This document shows positions 1-11,886 of a stretch of DNA of 64,000 bases, piece by piece; position 1 is the first letter of the stretch; every line of letters begins with the position of its first letter. The position numbers and the translations under genes were made by a program. The notes beneath the pieces were generated by a model that saw only the letters and a program-made list of their open reading frames with translations, searched no databases and was not told the DNA's origin. The stretch is from positions 29,375,611-29,439,610 of the forward strand of contig OZ316891.1 in NCBI GenBank assembly GCA_973895155.1, written 5' to 3'. Source of the DNA: Marsupella aquatica (lineage: Eukaryota > Plantae > Marchantiophyta).

Positions 1-559
1 GAAAGTTTCTGTGTACAGAAAATTCATGTTTTGCAAAGATAATGTAAAGAAAATATTGAGTTTAAGGTTCTTGCAGAGAGAAACATCTTAACCTTGGATT
101 GCAGACATCGTCACATTTCCAGATGAATTAAATCTTGAAAGGAGAAGTTGATGAGAACCCAGTAAATATCATTCATTTGAGCACGAATTTTCCTGAAAGG
201 AGCAATTTATAAGAACCCAGTGGGTGTCATGCATTTTGAGCTCAAAATAGTTGGCATTTAACAGTAATTTCTCTAAGTTTCCCAAATTTCTTCGGTGGAC
301 ACATCCCTAGAAGGTAGCGTTCACATTCATTCCAGTCTTACCGGTTTACTTTCGGTTTACTTCTGTGAGGTTCCCTGCTCCGCTGGGAGAAACTGTGAGT
401 CCCTGAAGTAAAGTATTTTCACTGCTCACACAGTTGTGACTGTAATGTCTACATCAACATATTATTTTCAGAATTCGTATGCATTCCAATTATAAATACA
501 TCTGACGAGATGTGTGATTGATGTCCATAAGGAAATGTGTTGTTGTTATTGTGTTGTAG

Positions 560-939
560 ATGATTCTCTTGGACATCCAGTATCAGGCACTGCTGGTGAC
601 AAAGGTCAGGAACCCGGACATCCAAAGTCAATTGTATCAGGCACTGCTGGTGACAAAGGTCTGGAACCCGGACATCCAGAGTCAATTGTATCAGGCACGA
701 ATAGTGACAAGAAGCAGGACCTTACAAATGCACCAACGCCGAAGCAGTCCGAGCAGCAACAGAAACATTCTTGGACCCACAGAGCAGGCCACAAAGATCA
801 CGAAGCGGAAGCAGCTGAGAAAGACGGTCATTCATTTTCCAAATGGGCAGTTCGTACTGCCCAGAAGCTTGGGCATGTAGTGGCCTCAAAAGACCTGACG
901 GACGATCCGTCTGTAGAGGCGAAGCCGGGAAAGAAATGA
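560..939 (+). CDS. Probable last exon of a hydrophilic, repeat-containing protein (LEA/IDP-like); start not identified
   Basis: Acceptor-like tgtgttgtag ends at 559. The frame reads DSLGHPVSGTAGDKGQEPGHPKSIVSGTAGDKGLEPGHPESIVSG... to TGA at 937-939. It is rich in G/K/E/H and has an 18-aa repeat. A candidate donor gtgagt lies near 395. Confidence 0.45.
571..711 (+). repeat. 54-bp coding tandem repeat, about 2.5 copies
   Basis: gtatcaggcac recurs at 580, 634 and 688 (unit VSGTAGDKGQEPGHPKSI). Confidence 0.9.
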
Positions 940-1433
940 GCTGAACGGGTGGTAAGACAAATTTCTGTGAGCACCGTTCCTATCTTCATCATCAGCATCA
1001 GGAATTGAGCATAATTCTTTGGCCGCGCACAGCAATTGAAGATTCGTTGTGGTCAGCCCCGACTGTACTGTGATCAAGAGAGTTTAAGCACCAAAACCTG
1101 ACAGTTTGTGCAAGGATTTGGGCCAAAGGGATGTAGAAGCCGGTCTTTCGGCAGCTCAAAGTCTATCTGTGAGCTTGCAACCCTGAAACAACAATTGGGT
1201 TCCTTTTAAGTCGAACATTATTCTCCCTAACTCCACGGAGTATTGAGAGTGCAAGGAGAGGTTCGATTTCGCAAGCATTGAAGCGAAGGTAGAAGGATAC
1301 TCTAGAAGGCTGTGACTCTTCTGTTGAAAACTTCTGCAATTACCCAGTGGAAAGACGCTACAAATCACTAGACAGTGCTTAGAATTCTTGAGCGCGGTGG
1401 TAACTTCTGATTAATCTAAAAGAACAACTTTTA

Positions 1434-1564
1434 TTGGGGACCTCTAACTGCGTCACTTTTTCAGTGGTGGTACACTTGTAATGAATTTCAAGCATACTTT
1501 GGGGACCTCTAACTGCGTCACTTTTTCAGTGGTGGTACACTTGTAATGAATTTCAAGCATACTT
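1434..1564. repeat. Perfect 65-bp tandem duplication
   Basis: ttggggacctctaactgcgtcac...tttcaagcatactt occurs twice head-to-tail. Confidence 0.95.
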
Positions 1565-1596
1565 ATGAACATGTTCGAACTGGAATCGTTAAACAA

Positions 1597-1740
1597 AATA
1601 TGAAAATAAGTTCGTCTTGGAAGCTGAATTTGTATCTTGTGAAACGATTAGATCACGTGGTAAGAATGTTCATTGCTCAAATATGAAAATAAGCACGTCC
1701 TCGAAGTTGAATTTGTATCTTGTGAATACGATTAGATTTC
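1597..1740. repeat. Imperfect ~83-bp tandem duplication
   Basis: aatatgaaaataag...gaatttgtatcttgtgaa...cgattagat occurs at about 1597 and about 1680. Confidence 0.8.
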
Positions 1741-2016
1741 ATGATGAGAACGCTCTGGAAAAGTCTAGGTCGAAGCTGTGGACGAAGGATGTCGTGTGCT
1801 AGAGTGCAGGATGTATCCCCGTTCCTTCCCTGATGGGTGTGAACTCTATACTCTCCGACTGATGAGAATTTACATCATTTACTCGTCTGAAGATTTCGAA
1901 GTAAAGTAATTTCTCCTCGATATCACTAATCTAAAGTGGCATCGTCGGCTTTGCCACATGTAAGATATGTATTAGCGATTGCTTTTACAAGATTTGCCCA
2001 GACGTCTCATCTCACT

Positions 2017-4352
2017 TCACATACTGCGCATGCAGCGGAAGGTAGGTGGATGAGTGTACGCATAGTACGTCCGACAAGGATTTCTCGTAGAGGGTAAGGT
2101 GGATAAGTAGTGGAGAGTCTCACCCATTGCCAAAACTATCTTTTCACGAGCCAATATACGATTCCCGAGACTACTTGACAACCATCTCGTCTCCAACAAA
2201 ACCCTCCGAAATTGGGCCATGCTTGTAGTGGGACCGATACCTCGGACGCTTCGGATGTCAAACTTCTAGTCCCGATTTCCAAACGGACGCTTCGGATCGA
2301 GCTACGTTGCCCACTCATTACAATTTTCGCATGGGCGGGAGATGGTTTTCTGTCCTGCTTCCAAAACTGTCGCGGAATATTGTGGAATCCAGAGCAGTCA
2401 TTGAAAAGCGAATTCTGACAATCGAGGATGAAACCCACCTCGGTAGCTGACAAATTGCTCCCAAAATTTAGATCAACTGTTTCTGTGTTTCGTCCCATTG
2501 CCATTATCAATATCCATTCTGATTTTGGCGTGTTTGCCAGATATAAATGCATTGTACACAAATACAGATTCTGGAGAAACCTGTCTACGTGTAGAGCAAA
2601 CAAAATCTGATGGGCGGTCGAGAATTATTGTTGCGGACAGGTAAGAAAGATAGTACTGTATCCAATCCAATGAAGAAACAGTAGGCCCACCTGTATTCGA
2701 GGTCTCCACATCTTCAGGACAGCAGTGACGTTCCTATAGAGTCCAGTGGAGCAGTCTGAAAGGAACCCACATTCTCCAGAAATGGGCTTGACCGGGTCTT
2801 CCGTGAAACCGCGTGCCAGGATGTCCTTTAGGAACTTGTAAACCTGACGGGGAACAATGTACCGGATTTTGCAGGAGTGGGGCCAGCTTACACGGCATGG
2901 CAGAAGAGCATGTTTCATGTTGATAAAGTAAATAAGTAATCCCAAAATTGAGATAACGGATGTCATCGTACACGTCTATAAAGATGCTTTTTCTAAGAGC
3001 TTTCGGCTAAAATGTTACATCGATCTGATGAGTTTATATCGTGGCCAGATGATACGTCAGTCGCACATGCTTATTATATTTGCAAGGGAAAGGACGTCCA
3101 TCAAAGCAAATTCAGCCAGATTTGACAATGATGTGCATTTGCGCAGGTTTGTGTACGTTTGTCAAATACAACTGTTCATTTAATCAAACTAAAACAAACC
3201 GCAGACAACAGTCCAACTGCAGTAAGTAATCGTCAAGACATTACAACCAGATAACCTTGGTCACATTCCAACCTACGACTTTCTGGTATCAACAAGCCCC
3301 CTTACAGTGACCGCCGTAAAGAAGAAAGTCAGAAAGGGAGAGGGCACGGTCAACCCTTCAGCTCTTTAAGTAGATTTTATGGGAACGTCAAATCAAATAC
3401 TGTAGTAATTTGAAAAGACCTTCGAAGCGTGAAAGTGGACAGTAGTTGTGCCAACAATCTTCACTGACCAGAACCATTCATGTCCACATTCTCCGCAATC
3501 TCAGAGAGGATCCAAACACGACAGTAAAAATATTTTCAGAAAATGAGACCTGTATTCAAATTGAGTAAGTACATTGCAGGGAGAGCTTTTCGTGTATCGA
3601 GGGATAATGGATGATGGCAACAGTAATGAATAGACAAAGCCCAGCCCCATGATATGAATCACATATGCTCCAGTAGAGAGAGTTGATGACCGTTGACTGG
3701 TATTTCGATGTACAAAAAATTCTGCAGAACGTAGCACAGATGCAGTTGGTAAGACAACCCACAAATTGATTCGCCATGATCAGTTTAGGTGCACATGAGA
3801 CCTTGGGTGACAAACAGGTTCAATCGAGAACACAAATGCATCACCAAAACCTTCAGCATCGATTACCAGTAGTTACGAAAATGCCGGCGAACTGAAAATC
3901 CCATCAGAACAAACGAAAGATAGCTTGCACAAACGTTCATACTCAAACTTAAGTAATTAAAAGCCCATACCTGATTATCGGTGGGAGCTAGACAGGTTTA
4001 GCTCTGGAAAACGGTGCTTCCTCATAGTGATTCTCTCATCACATGGTCATCTCTCATCACATAGTCATGGAGACAGCAGTGTCTTCCATCCAGGCTTTCT
4101 TGTACCATCGACGAGTGAAAGTGGCAGAAATAGAGATCTCCAAAAGGGATATCAACATCGAAACTCGGAAGACCGAGGTGATTCCCAACAGTGCAAACAT
4201 AGACCTCCTGGAACACTCTTCGTATTATCAACTCGATGTGTCTCGATGTGTCACTCCCAGAAACTACGAGGTCGTCCACCTGATCCGATAATGACGTCAA
4301 CCACCAAGAGCAACTTCACTAGTTTCGTGCCCACATAAACCTCTAAATCCAT
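2017..4352 (-). pseudogene. Probable multi-exon pseudogene, Cys/Trp-rich, family not recognised
   Basis: Phase-consistent GT-AG exons: 4352-3971, ~3891-3802, 3721-3550, 3463-3420, 3300-3256, 3171-?, 2843-2691, 2580-~2017. Introns are about 80-120 nt. The spliced core reads EFFVHRNTSQRSSTLSTGAYVIHIMGLGFVYSLLLPSSIIPRYTKSSPCNVLTQFEYSEDCWHNYCPLSRFEGGLLIPESRRLECDQVVFDKRTQTC. Several in-frame stops occur in the flanking exons. Confidence 0.5.
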
Positions 4353-5122
4353 CACTTATCCACTGCTGTAACTAGCGTGACCTCTCCCAATTCGTCAATA
4401 GACAAGGTCAGAGCCGATGACCGAACAAAACGTGCCTTGACATTCACCAACCGTCCATTTTTATACTCTGGCTATCTCTGGATCTTCCTCTCCGCAATGC
4501 ACGCCTCTCACAAAATTGGCACGCAACCGAGAGCAGAGATCATCTAAGCCTAGTAGGCGAGATGCTACTTCAAAGCTCATCCTTCGAGAACGACCACTTA
4601 GGGGCCTCGATTTGCCGCATTAGTGACAATCTACTACGCTTCCCATTTCCGAGAGCTCTATTCAACAAAATCATAGCCACATTAATCGCTGAAGGAAAAA
4701 TGTTTCCTCAAAAATCTCACGGAGCTGTACCTCCATCCCACCTCTAGCAACTTACTCCCATACGGAAGATTCAGCTCCTGACGCGTCCGGAAACACGCTA
4801 ATAGACGCATCGCGAGCGTGCTCTGACGATTTCTAAGTTCAGTAAACACTAGAGGGATTCGAAAAACGTTCGGGAGGAATTAACTTTGATCAACGCAAGG
4901 GAGTCCCAGCGAAGTGGCATAAAATACAGTGGTAGAGTGATTTGCCAATTCGATCATAACCGAGAACTCGCAGAGGCTGATCCAAACGGTTAAGCAGATC
5001 GAGAGATGTAAATACTCGCAAAGAACTTCTCTGGGCCTCACCTAGGTCAACGAAATACCCAATTGGGGAAGAGGCCTCAGGGAGATATCCGACGAGGATA
5101 AAGACGAGCTCGGGACAGGAGG

Positions 5123-6949
5123 TTAGCACCGGTCACAGGAATGTACAGAACCGGCCGATTCATGGAAATACTGAATTAATGCTTCGAGAGCTTTCCTACT
5201 AGTCTGAGCGCCATACGCAGTGCGGAAGATATCTATCACCCGCTTCTCGGTCTTCACGTACTCCTCGCTGCTTCTCCCGTGAAGGAGCGCCGCCTCTCGG
5301 AGCAGATCACAAGAATACTCCAAACCCCAGACATTAGCAGCAGACACGGACGTTATAGAATCAACAAGAGCCCAAAGCACTAGAACCCTCGCCTTTGGAT
5401 CGTTCTTCAACGCAGCAGCTTGAGCGACGTAGGCGTAAATGCAAGAAGCAACGGTCCAATGCCTCTGCTCCGGTTGCAGATTAGCTCTAGAATTCACAAT
5501 CTCCACAGCTGAATTGTACATGGCGGTCACATCCTTGGAGCTGACCTGGGGCTTGACGACCGTCTCCTCTTCATCGTGCCAAGAGGGTTTAACCCGAATA
5601 AGGTCATTGAATCTCTTCTCCAATCGCTCTATAGCGACAATCCCTTGCTCAAATTCACACCGCCTGCAGGTACACTGGAAGCCCCACTCCTTGGCGGATT
5701 CTTGTCTCGTGTCCACCGAATCCAACAATCCGAAGTAATTTATCGTCAGCTCTTCCCCCGCCGAAATGTGTCGTGCTGCTCGGACGAACATGGCGTTGCC
5801 TATGTGCATCCGCAGACAATTCGGGACGCAAGAATGGTTCATGAATGCTGCTAGCGGCCACAATCCTCTCCGCCTCGCTCTCTCAGAATCGTAATACTCG
5901 CTGATGTCTGCTGTGTGTCCATACAGGTCGAGCGCACTGTAATGCGCCACGCCCCAGATTCTCAAGATGTCGACGTCAACCTCAGCACTCTCTGCGGTCG
6001 AGTACCCAGTGGTCCACTCTCCGCCGGGCCTGAAGAGGTCCATCGGGGGAATTCGCATGTCCAGTTGACAATTATCGTACGCAAGGGAGTACAGCTGCTT
6101 TCTAGCCTTAGGGGAACATCTCGCAACCTCGGCGAGCTTGGAGATCAAATGCTCGTCTTCGTGCTCGCTCTGGTAGTGCAGGCCCTGGTGCAGCAGCGAA
6201 GGCTCTGGCAAAATGAATGCCATTGCTAGCGCATTGCTCACGAAGAGCAGGTCCCCGGCCGCGACGTCTTTGGTGAGGATGAGGCCCCTTCCCGCGTTCT
6301 TCACTTTCGAAATCTGAACCGGACCAACGTAATCACAGCAGGGATTGAGGGGGCCCTTGCATCCGATGAGGTAGAAGTCGGAGAGATTGTAATCGCCTAA
6401 CATAGTCTGCTGCATGCAGATCTTCGTCCGCTTCATGGCCTTCTCGATGTCGCAGTCCTGCTTGGGTGCGAGCTGGTGAGCCGCGGCGAAGCTGTGGTGT
6501 GCCAGCTCGTACTCCTCCAGCCCCTCATATGCTTTCCCTCGGCGGTTCAAGCTCTTAGCATTGCTCGGGTCCAGCTCCAGCGCCCTCTCGGCATCGAGGA
6601 GTGCGTTTCGGAAATTCCTCAGCCGCAAATGGCTCTCTGCGCGATTCGAGAACGCGAGCTCCAGCGTCCTCCTCACTTGCTGCTCTGCTCCTCCTGAATT
6701 GTGATCGCCGTTCTGCTCCGCCGCTCCACTTCTACCACTCTCCTCGCCCTTCAACTCCTTCCCTGCCACCCCTTGCGCCCACTCCACAACCCCATCCGTG
6801 GTGGCCTCGAGACACTCAGTGACACACCTCGTGTAGCACTCAATCGCCTCCTCATAATTCCGCTGAGCGAAAAGCTGATTCCCATCACCCCGGAGCCCGT
6901 TCAGCCGCAATGCGAGGCTCTCCACATCTTCCTTCATCGTTTCTATCAT
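5123..6949 (-). CDS. TPR + SET-domain lysine methyltransferase (ATXR1/SDG35-like), single exon, ~608 aa
   Basis: N-terminal TPRs (GNQLFAQRNYEEAIECYT; FSNRAESHLRLRNFRNALLDAERALELDP). SET motifs GRGL, FMNHSCVPN and GEELTINY, and post-SET WGFQCTCRRC. The first ATG is at 6949; the ORF-track start at 7015 is TTG. Confidence 0.93.
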   Translation of the reverse strand: MIETMKEDVESLALRLNGLRGDGNQLFAQRNYEEAIECYTRCVTECLEATTDGVVEWAQGVAGKELKGEESGRSGAAEQNGDHNSGGAEQQVRRTLELAFSNRAESHLRLRNFRNALLDAERALELDPSNAKSLNRRGKAYEGLEEYELAHHSFAAAHQLAPKQDCDIEKAMKRTKICMQQTMLGDYNLSDFYLIGCKGPLNPCCDYVGPVQISKVKNAGRGLILTKDVAAGDLLFVSNALAMAFILPEPSLLHQGLHYQSEHEDEHLISKLAEVARCSPKARKQLYSLAYDNCQLDMRIPPMDLFRPGGEWTTGYSTAESAEVDVDILRIWGVAHYSALDLYGHTADISEYYDSERARRRGLWPLAAFMNHSCVPNCLRMHIGNAMFVRAARHISAGEELTINYFGLLDSVDTRQESAKEWGFQCTCRRCEFEQGIVAIERLEKRFNDLIRVKPSWHDEEETVVKPQVSSKDVTAMYNSAVEIVNSRANLQPEQRHWTVASCIYAYVAQAAALKNDPKARVLVLWALVDSITSVSAANVWGLEYSCDLLREAALLHGRSSEEYVKTEKRVIDIFRTAYGAQTSRKALEALIQYFHESAGSVHSCDRC

Positions 6950-7978
6950 CAAAATCTCACCACCACCTCCACCTCCACCACCAGTACCACCAACCAAAAC
7001 CTCGTTCCACTTCAATCTAATCCGCAGCAGAGAGGGCTCCGACCTCCGGAAGAATTGAAGAATTTCAAGATTTCACGAAACCCCTCGTGGCAATCTCTTT
7101 CTCCGAACCCCAACGGAGAGCGCGCCCAAGCTATACATGCGGCGAAGCGCCTCAAAGAACCCTTTCGGAGCGACCATCGAACAGAAGACTCCTCCTCCTC
7201 GTCCGCAGCAGAAGCAGCAGCAGCACACGCCATCGCTACGATTCTCTCACTACTGTACATTTGCTCTTCCTCACTCTCTTCCTTTCTTCTCTCTTCCTCC
7301 TCTGTTCACTACTGTACTGCGCTTGACCGGGAGTATAGTCTACTCTTCCTAAGTGCACGCACCCCTCCTGGGCAGAAGCCTGGGCCCTTGCAATTACGTG
7401 TGGTTTGCACTACGTCATAAGCAACATTTTACACTTTGCACTTATACATCATTACATGATTATTCTTCTTGCTCTATTTTCGGTCATTCTCCTTCCTTCT
7501 GTTTCTTGTTATTTGATAAATTACTATTTTCATGTCCAAGTAACATTCAACTAGGATCCAAGAGTCTCAAAGTTTTTGGATATCTCGAGAGCCATCCTGG
7601 CCCAGAAAACAAGGCCAAAACTATGGTAGGGTTGGGTCTTTTCGAGCATAAGCAGTGGGAGGAAACACTTTGAGAGGTATCCTAGAAGCTGTAGAGATAA
7701 TGGAAGATATGCAAAACAGCCCGGGCTAAAAAGCTAAGTAGACAAGTCAGTGTACCGCACACTTTGAGTCTGTATCCTACACCGCAGACTCTCGGCCTAA
7801 CTAAAAGTTCCCATCTATTATAGTTTGAGACGCCCTACTGTTGTGCCTTCCCTAAACCATCCCTTGGAATGTATATCCCTCACAACTATCTACATGTAAT
7901 ATGTAATATGCAGTAATCCATAAGAATTCCACACAAGATTTTCTCTCACACATGAGAGAGCACACATATAATGTTAAA

Positions 7979-8080
7979 GATAGTTTTGCACTTGCATATC
8001 TGTCGTTTAGTGGAGTCTTCTATGCACTTGCAGAAAGTGCAACGAGAACTCCAAAATGGTCGGTGCAAGTGCAAAGACAT
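7979..8080. repeat. ~100-bp imperfect palindrome (MITE-like)
   Basis: Outer arms tttgcacttgca / tgcaagtgcaaa, inner arms ggagt..tgcactt / aagtgca..actcc. Confidence 0.55.
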
Positions 8081-8231
8081 CTCCAAAATGGTAGGGAGAA
8101 AATGAATAACCGGTTTGCAATTAGCCGGAATTTGCACTTATGGATTGTGCACTCAGGAAGAGCCGACTGTCGCCTTCTCTTGAACCCTAACGGGCGGAGC
8201 ACTAACTGCGATTGTCGCGCGATTAACTTGC

Positions 8232-8736
8232 CACTAATATCTATAATGCGAGCCCTAAAACTACGCGGATTTTACGGCTCGCACGGACAATTCTCACGAG
8301 AAAGCGTGGGATTAGCATGACAGGAAAGTCTGTTACGTAATAAAGCAACCCTTAATGATGATCACGGTTGTACTGATCATCAGAGTAAATTAAATTTAGT
8401 ACAAAAACGCAGGACAGAAATAACTGCGACAACTCTGTGCCCGTATTTCGGAGGTGCAGTACAGTACTCTGTATTGTATCTTATTGTTGTCAATACCGTA
8501 CTTCTCCCCGTTGCCCTACAGCTGGAATAGTAGTTTACCTCCATCTCAATGACATGAAAAAGACCTTAGGAAACTAGTAAATTGTTAAAGCCAGAATAGA
8601 CCCCATTAGAACCCATCAGTGCATTACCAAGCAACCCAAAATAGACCCCATTATAGATCAGTGCATACCTAGCAACCCCCCTCCCAGCGCGACTGGGAGA
8701 TTTAGCAAGCCGGGCGAGGGCCCGGTGCATACCAAG
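8232..8736 (+). mobile_element. Possible short non-autonomous Helitron
   Basis: GC hairpin ccgggc-gagg-gcccgg (about 8710-8725) is followed by cataccaag|t, a CTAG-like end. The start resembles (t)ctaatatctataat. Both termini are imperfect. Confidence 0.3.
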
Positions 8737-10262
8737 TTCCTGAAGGGGACTAGGTTTTTTTCACCTATCCTGCATTTCACACTCAACAGAAATGGATAGC
8801 TGTGGTTTAAGTCGCGAGAAAAGTTGAAGTATCAAGTGTACTCCCTAGAGCAGCTGCAAAGGCATTCAATCAAACATGAGAGACTGATCATAGATCAATC
8901 TTGGCAGGTCTTGTCCCACCAGCTTGTGGAGGGCAGGGCTGCCTGCCTCTCGAGCTGATCAGGGTCCTTCAGTAGGTCTGCAATATCAATTAGGGTAAGT
9001 TGGTGATCCTTAGTAGTACTGGTAGTTTTTCCACATTTTTCTCTTAATAAACTCTGCAGCGAGTGGCAACTTACTACTAAGTGCAACACCATATTGTAAT
9101 CATGGGTATTTCAATATATCCACCATGTCATGAAAGGAGAAGAGGCTGTAACTCTGTAGCAACACCTAGGAAAAAGTGTGACACGCCCAATGTATGGGTA
9201 CTTATTCATAGTGGACCCACACAACCCCATCAGTAACAATCATTTATGTACTGTCACCTGTGAGCTTTGACAGACGAGTCTCTGCTGTTATTAATGGACG
9301 ACCAAACGTTGGGACTCTCTTCTTGATGGGGTCCACGGATCCAGCTCAAAATCACAATGCCTCCTCAGATCCCTTTGAAGTCACTTCCTGACTTCCCAGG
9401 AATTTCCATGTTGTTTATGTAGAATTTGATAGTCATTATTTTTACTATAATTACACACCTCATGACAAGCCTAACCGTCGATTGAACAAGTTCAGAGGAT
9501 CTAAGATTTGGACACGTCATCAAAATGGGGAATAAAAGTGCCAAAAGGGGAGACAGGATCCACAGACCAGAAATCCAGTAAGGTGAGAACACAAGGGACA
9601 GACCCAGGAAGGTCAAAGAGTCAAAAAGCCCGTAAATTCCCAACAGCTGAAAAGCAACTAAAGCGTTATTGACCAGTAAACTGTAAAGCCAGGTAGATTT
9701 CCATGATTTGAAACAAGTATACTAAAGCCCGAGTGGAAGAAAAAGACTTGGTGGGCAGGAAAAAGACTTGGTGGGCAGGAAAAACCCTCTCATCGAGTCC
9801 CCCACATTGACCTCCTTGGGCCAAAAAGATCTGCAGCCTGGCTGATTGCCCTCAGAAGCCACCGTCCATACACTCCTTGAGGCTGATTGTAACCTGTAAT
9901 CATGTTACTTTTGCGGCTCAAGTGAGCATTCTAACCTGAAAGTATTCCTCTCCACAGCAATGCATTGTAACCTGTAAGCATAATGCTGATTGCAGCTCAA
10001 GTGAGCAGATTGTAACCTGAAATTACTCCCCTCAGCAGTAGCCCTAAAATTGCAGACTATTTCACTGTGTAGTCTCACAATGCCTCCCAAGCCCTCATGC
10101 AATGCCTTCCCCAAGCCCTTGCAGTGCCTTGCTACCTCGCGAAGGCATACCACGGCCTCGCGGAGGCATACCTTACCTTGCACAGTGAACCATCGCTGCA
10201 GCATAAGCACAAATCCAAACTTACTGTAATTTGCTATTCAAGCCTACTGTTCATGGCTTACT

Positions 10263-10487
10263 CCATATAATGAAGCCATAGGCAATAATTTGTATGGTAA
10301 CAATGTTTTTAATATTTAAATTATGCTATTGAATGGAAATGGGCATGGGGAGTCTGGGTACAGAGAGCCCTTATGCATCCATATAATGCAGGCATATGCC
10401 ATAATCTGTATGGTAACCATGTTTTTAATATTTAGATTATGCTATTGAGTGGAACTGGGCATGGGGAGTCTGGGTACAGAGAGCCCC
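10263..10487. repeat. ~116-bp tandem duplication
   Basis: ccatataatg...gggcatggggagtctgggtacagagagccc occurs twice. Confidence 0.9.
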
Positions 10488-11213
10488 TATGCACACACAC
10501 AAATATAGGCTGTTTTTTTGGTTTAAAGAAACAGCTGAGTTACTCCTAAATTGCAAGACAGTGATTGTGTGCAATTGTAACTATGTGGCAAGAGCTGTAC
10601 CCAGGCTGTACCCTGACTCTATGGGTTGTGGCTTCCAGGAGCAATTGGCCAGGCCACAGTTTGTGGGGACTAAGGGAGCCCTTTTTAGAGGTGGGACTGG
10701 ATGGGAAGTTTTTCTGCTCCCCGGGCATCAAGCTCTTTTTGCCAACAGTGGATTTAACATTCCTCATTTCTCATTTTCACATTATTTTGATAGCCGTAAC
10801 AACCATCGATATAGATCGCTGCCAAAGTGTGCTTTCAATCATGGCCAGGTGTTTGTCTTTCATAGGAAAGAAAACAAGTCAGCCTTATATTTTATCTAGC
10901 AATCTTGGCTCATTTTATTGGGAGACACCAAGAGGTAGCGCAAGGCACACTTGGCCCGAGAAAGCACCAACGGATTTTGGTTGGGCAGTTTGAAATAAAG
11001 CATTGTCATTTCCAAGAAGAAAAAGCAAGAACACCTCAATTGCAGCTGTTCTCATTTGCAATCATTAGAGAACAGATAATAGAAAATAGTCGTTTACTAC
11101 AGTACCTTCCCGTCTCCCAAAGAAAAACACCTCATAGTGTCCCTATCCTTATTTAAAAAATAGAAAATCTCAAAGCTTTTCAGCAGCAAGCAGCAGAATT
11201 GGGTTAATTTTCT

Positions 11214-11218
11214 TGTGT

Positions 11219-11249
<31 letters not shown>
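11214..11249. repeat. (TG)n followed by poly-G microsatellite
   Basis: Read directly from the sequence. Confidence 0.95.
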
Positions 11250-11687
11250 TGGCTTTATCAGAAGTGGGCCTTTCCTTATTTCTCCAAGGTATGATTGGGG
11301 CTGTCCATTGGGGAGATGCTAGTGCAGTTCACTTTACAAAACAGGGGGCCCTGGTTCCTTCTAAACGGTTGCCAATCTGGTATGGAATCGAGTGGGGCCC
11401 AAATTTTGCATACCTGGAGCACTATTTGGTCCCGGATTTTAGACCACCTCCATTTTCCATTGGAGGTCTGTGTGTATCCAGCTGCTTGGTCCATTCAAAT
11501 ATTTTTGGGTCTCTTGCATTCAAAAAGGACAAGGAGACTTATCTCGTGCTCATTGTCCGAGGCTGCAAAAAAGGCAGGCATTGTACAAGAGGGATGCAGG
11601 TGCAAAATTTCGCAAATTCAAATAGACTTTTGATCGACTTGTTCAATATGACTCCAATTGGTGGCACTCAAGCTACTTCATCAGGCT

Positions 11688-11886
11688 CTGCTTATTCAAC
11701 AACTAGCAGAATTAGCATACATTCATCAGATTCTTCAAGTTTGGCAATTAGGTCATAACTACTGTAGGTCCATTTGCACACTTCCGGCTTTGCTTACTCA
11801 ACACCTAGCAGAAATAGCTTATTACATTCACCAGATTATTCGGGTTATGGCAATTGGCTCATAACCAGGTCCATTTGCACACTTCC
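11688..11886. repeat. ~102-bp imperfect tandem duplication
   Basis: tgcttattcaacaactagcagaa...aggtccatttgcacacttcc occurs twice. Confidence 0.8.

Noticed and set aside
1859-1920. CTGATGA followed by a long imperfect hairpin (hammerhead or miRNA)
   Set aside because: No GAAA core follows the stem, and it has too many bulges for a confident pre-miRNA.
6701-7420. 239-aa plus-strand ORF
   Set aside because: Antisense shadow of the GC-rich SET gene and its leader; low complexity.
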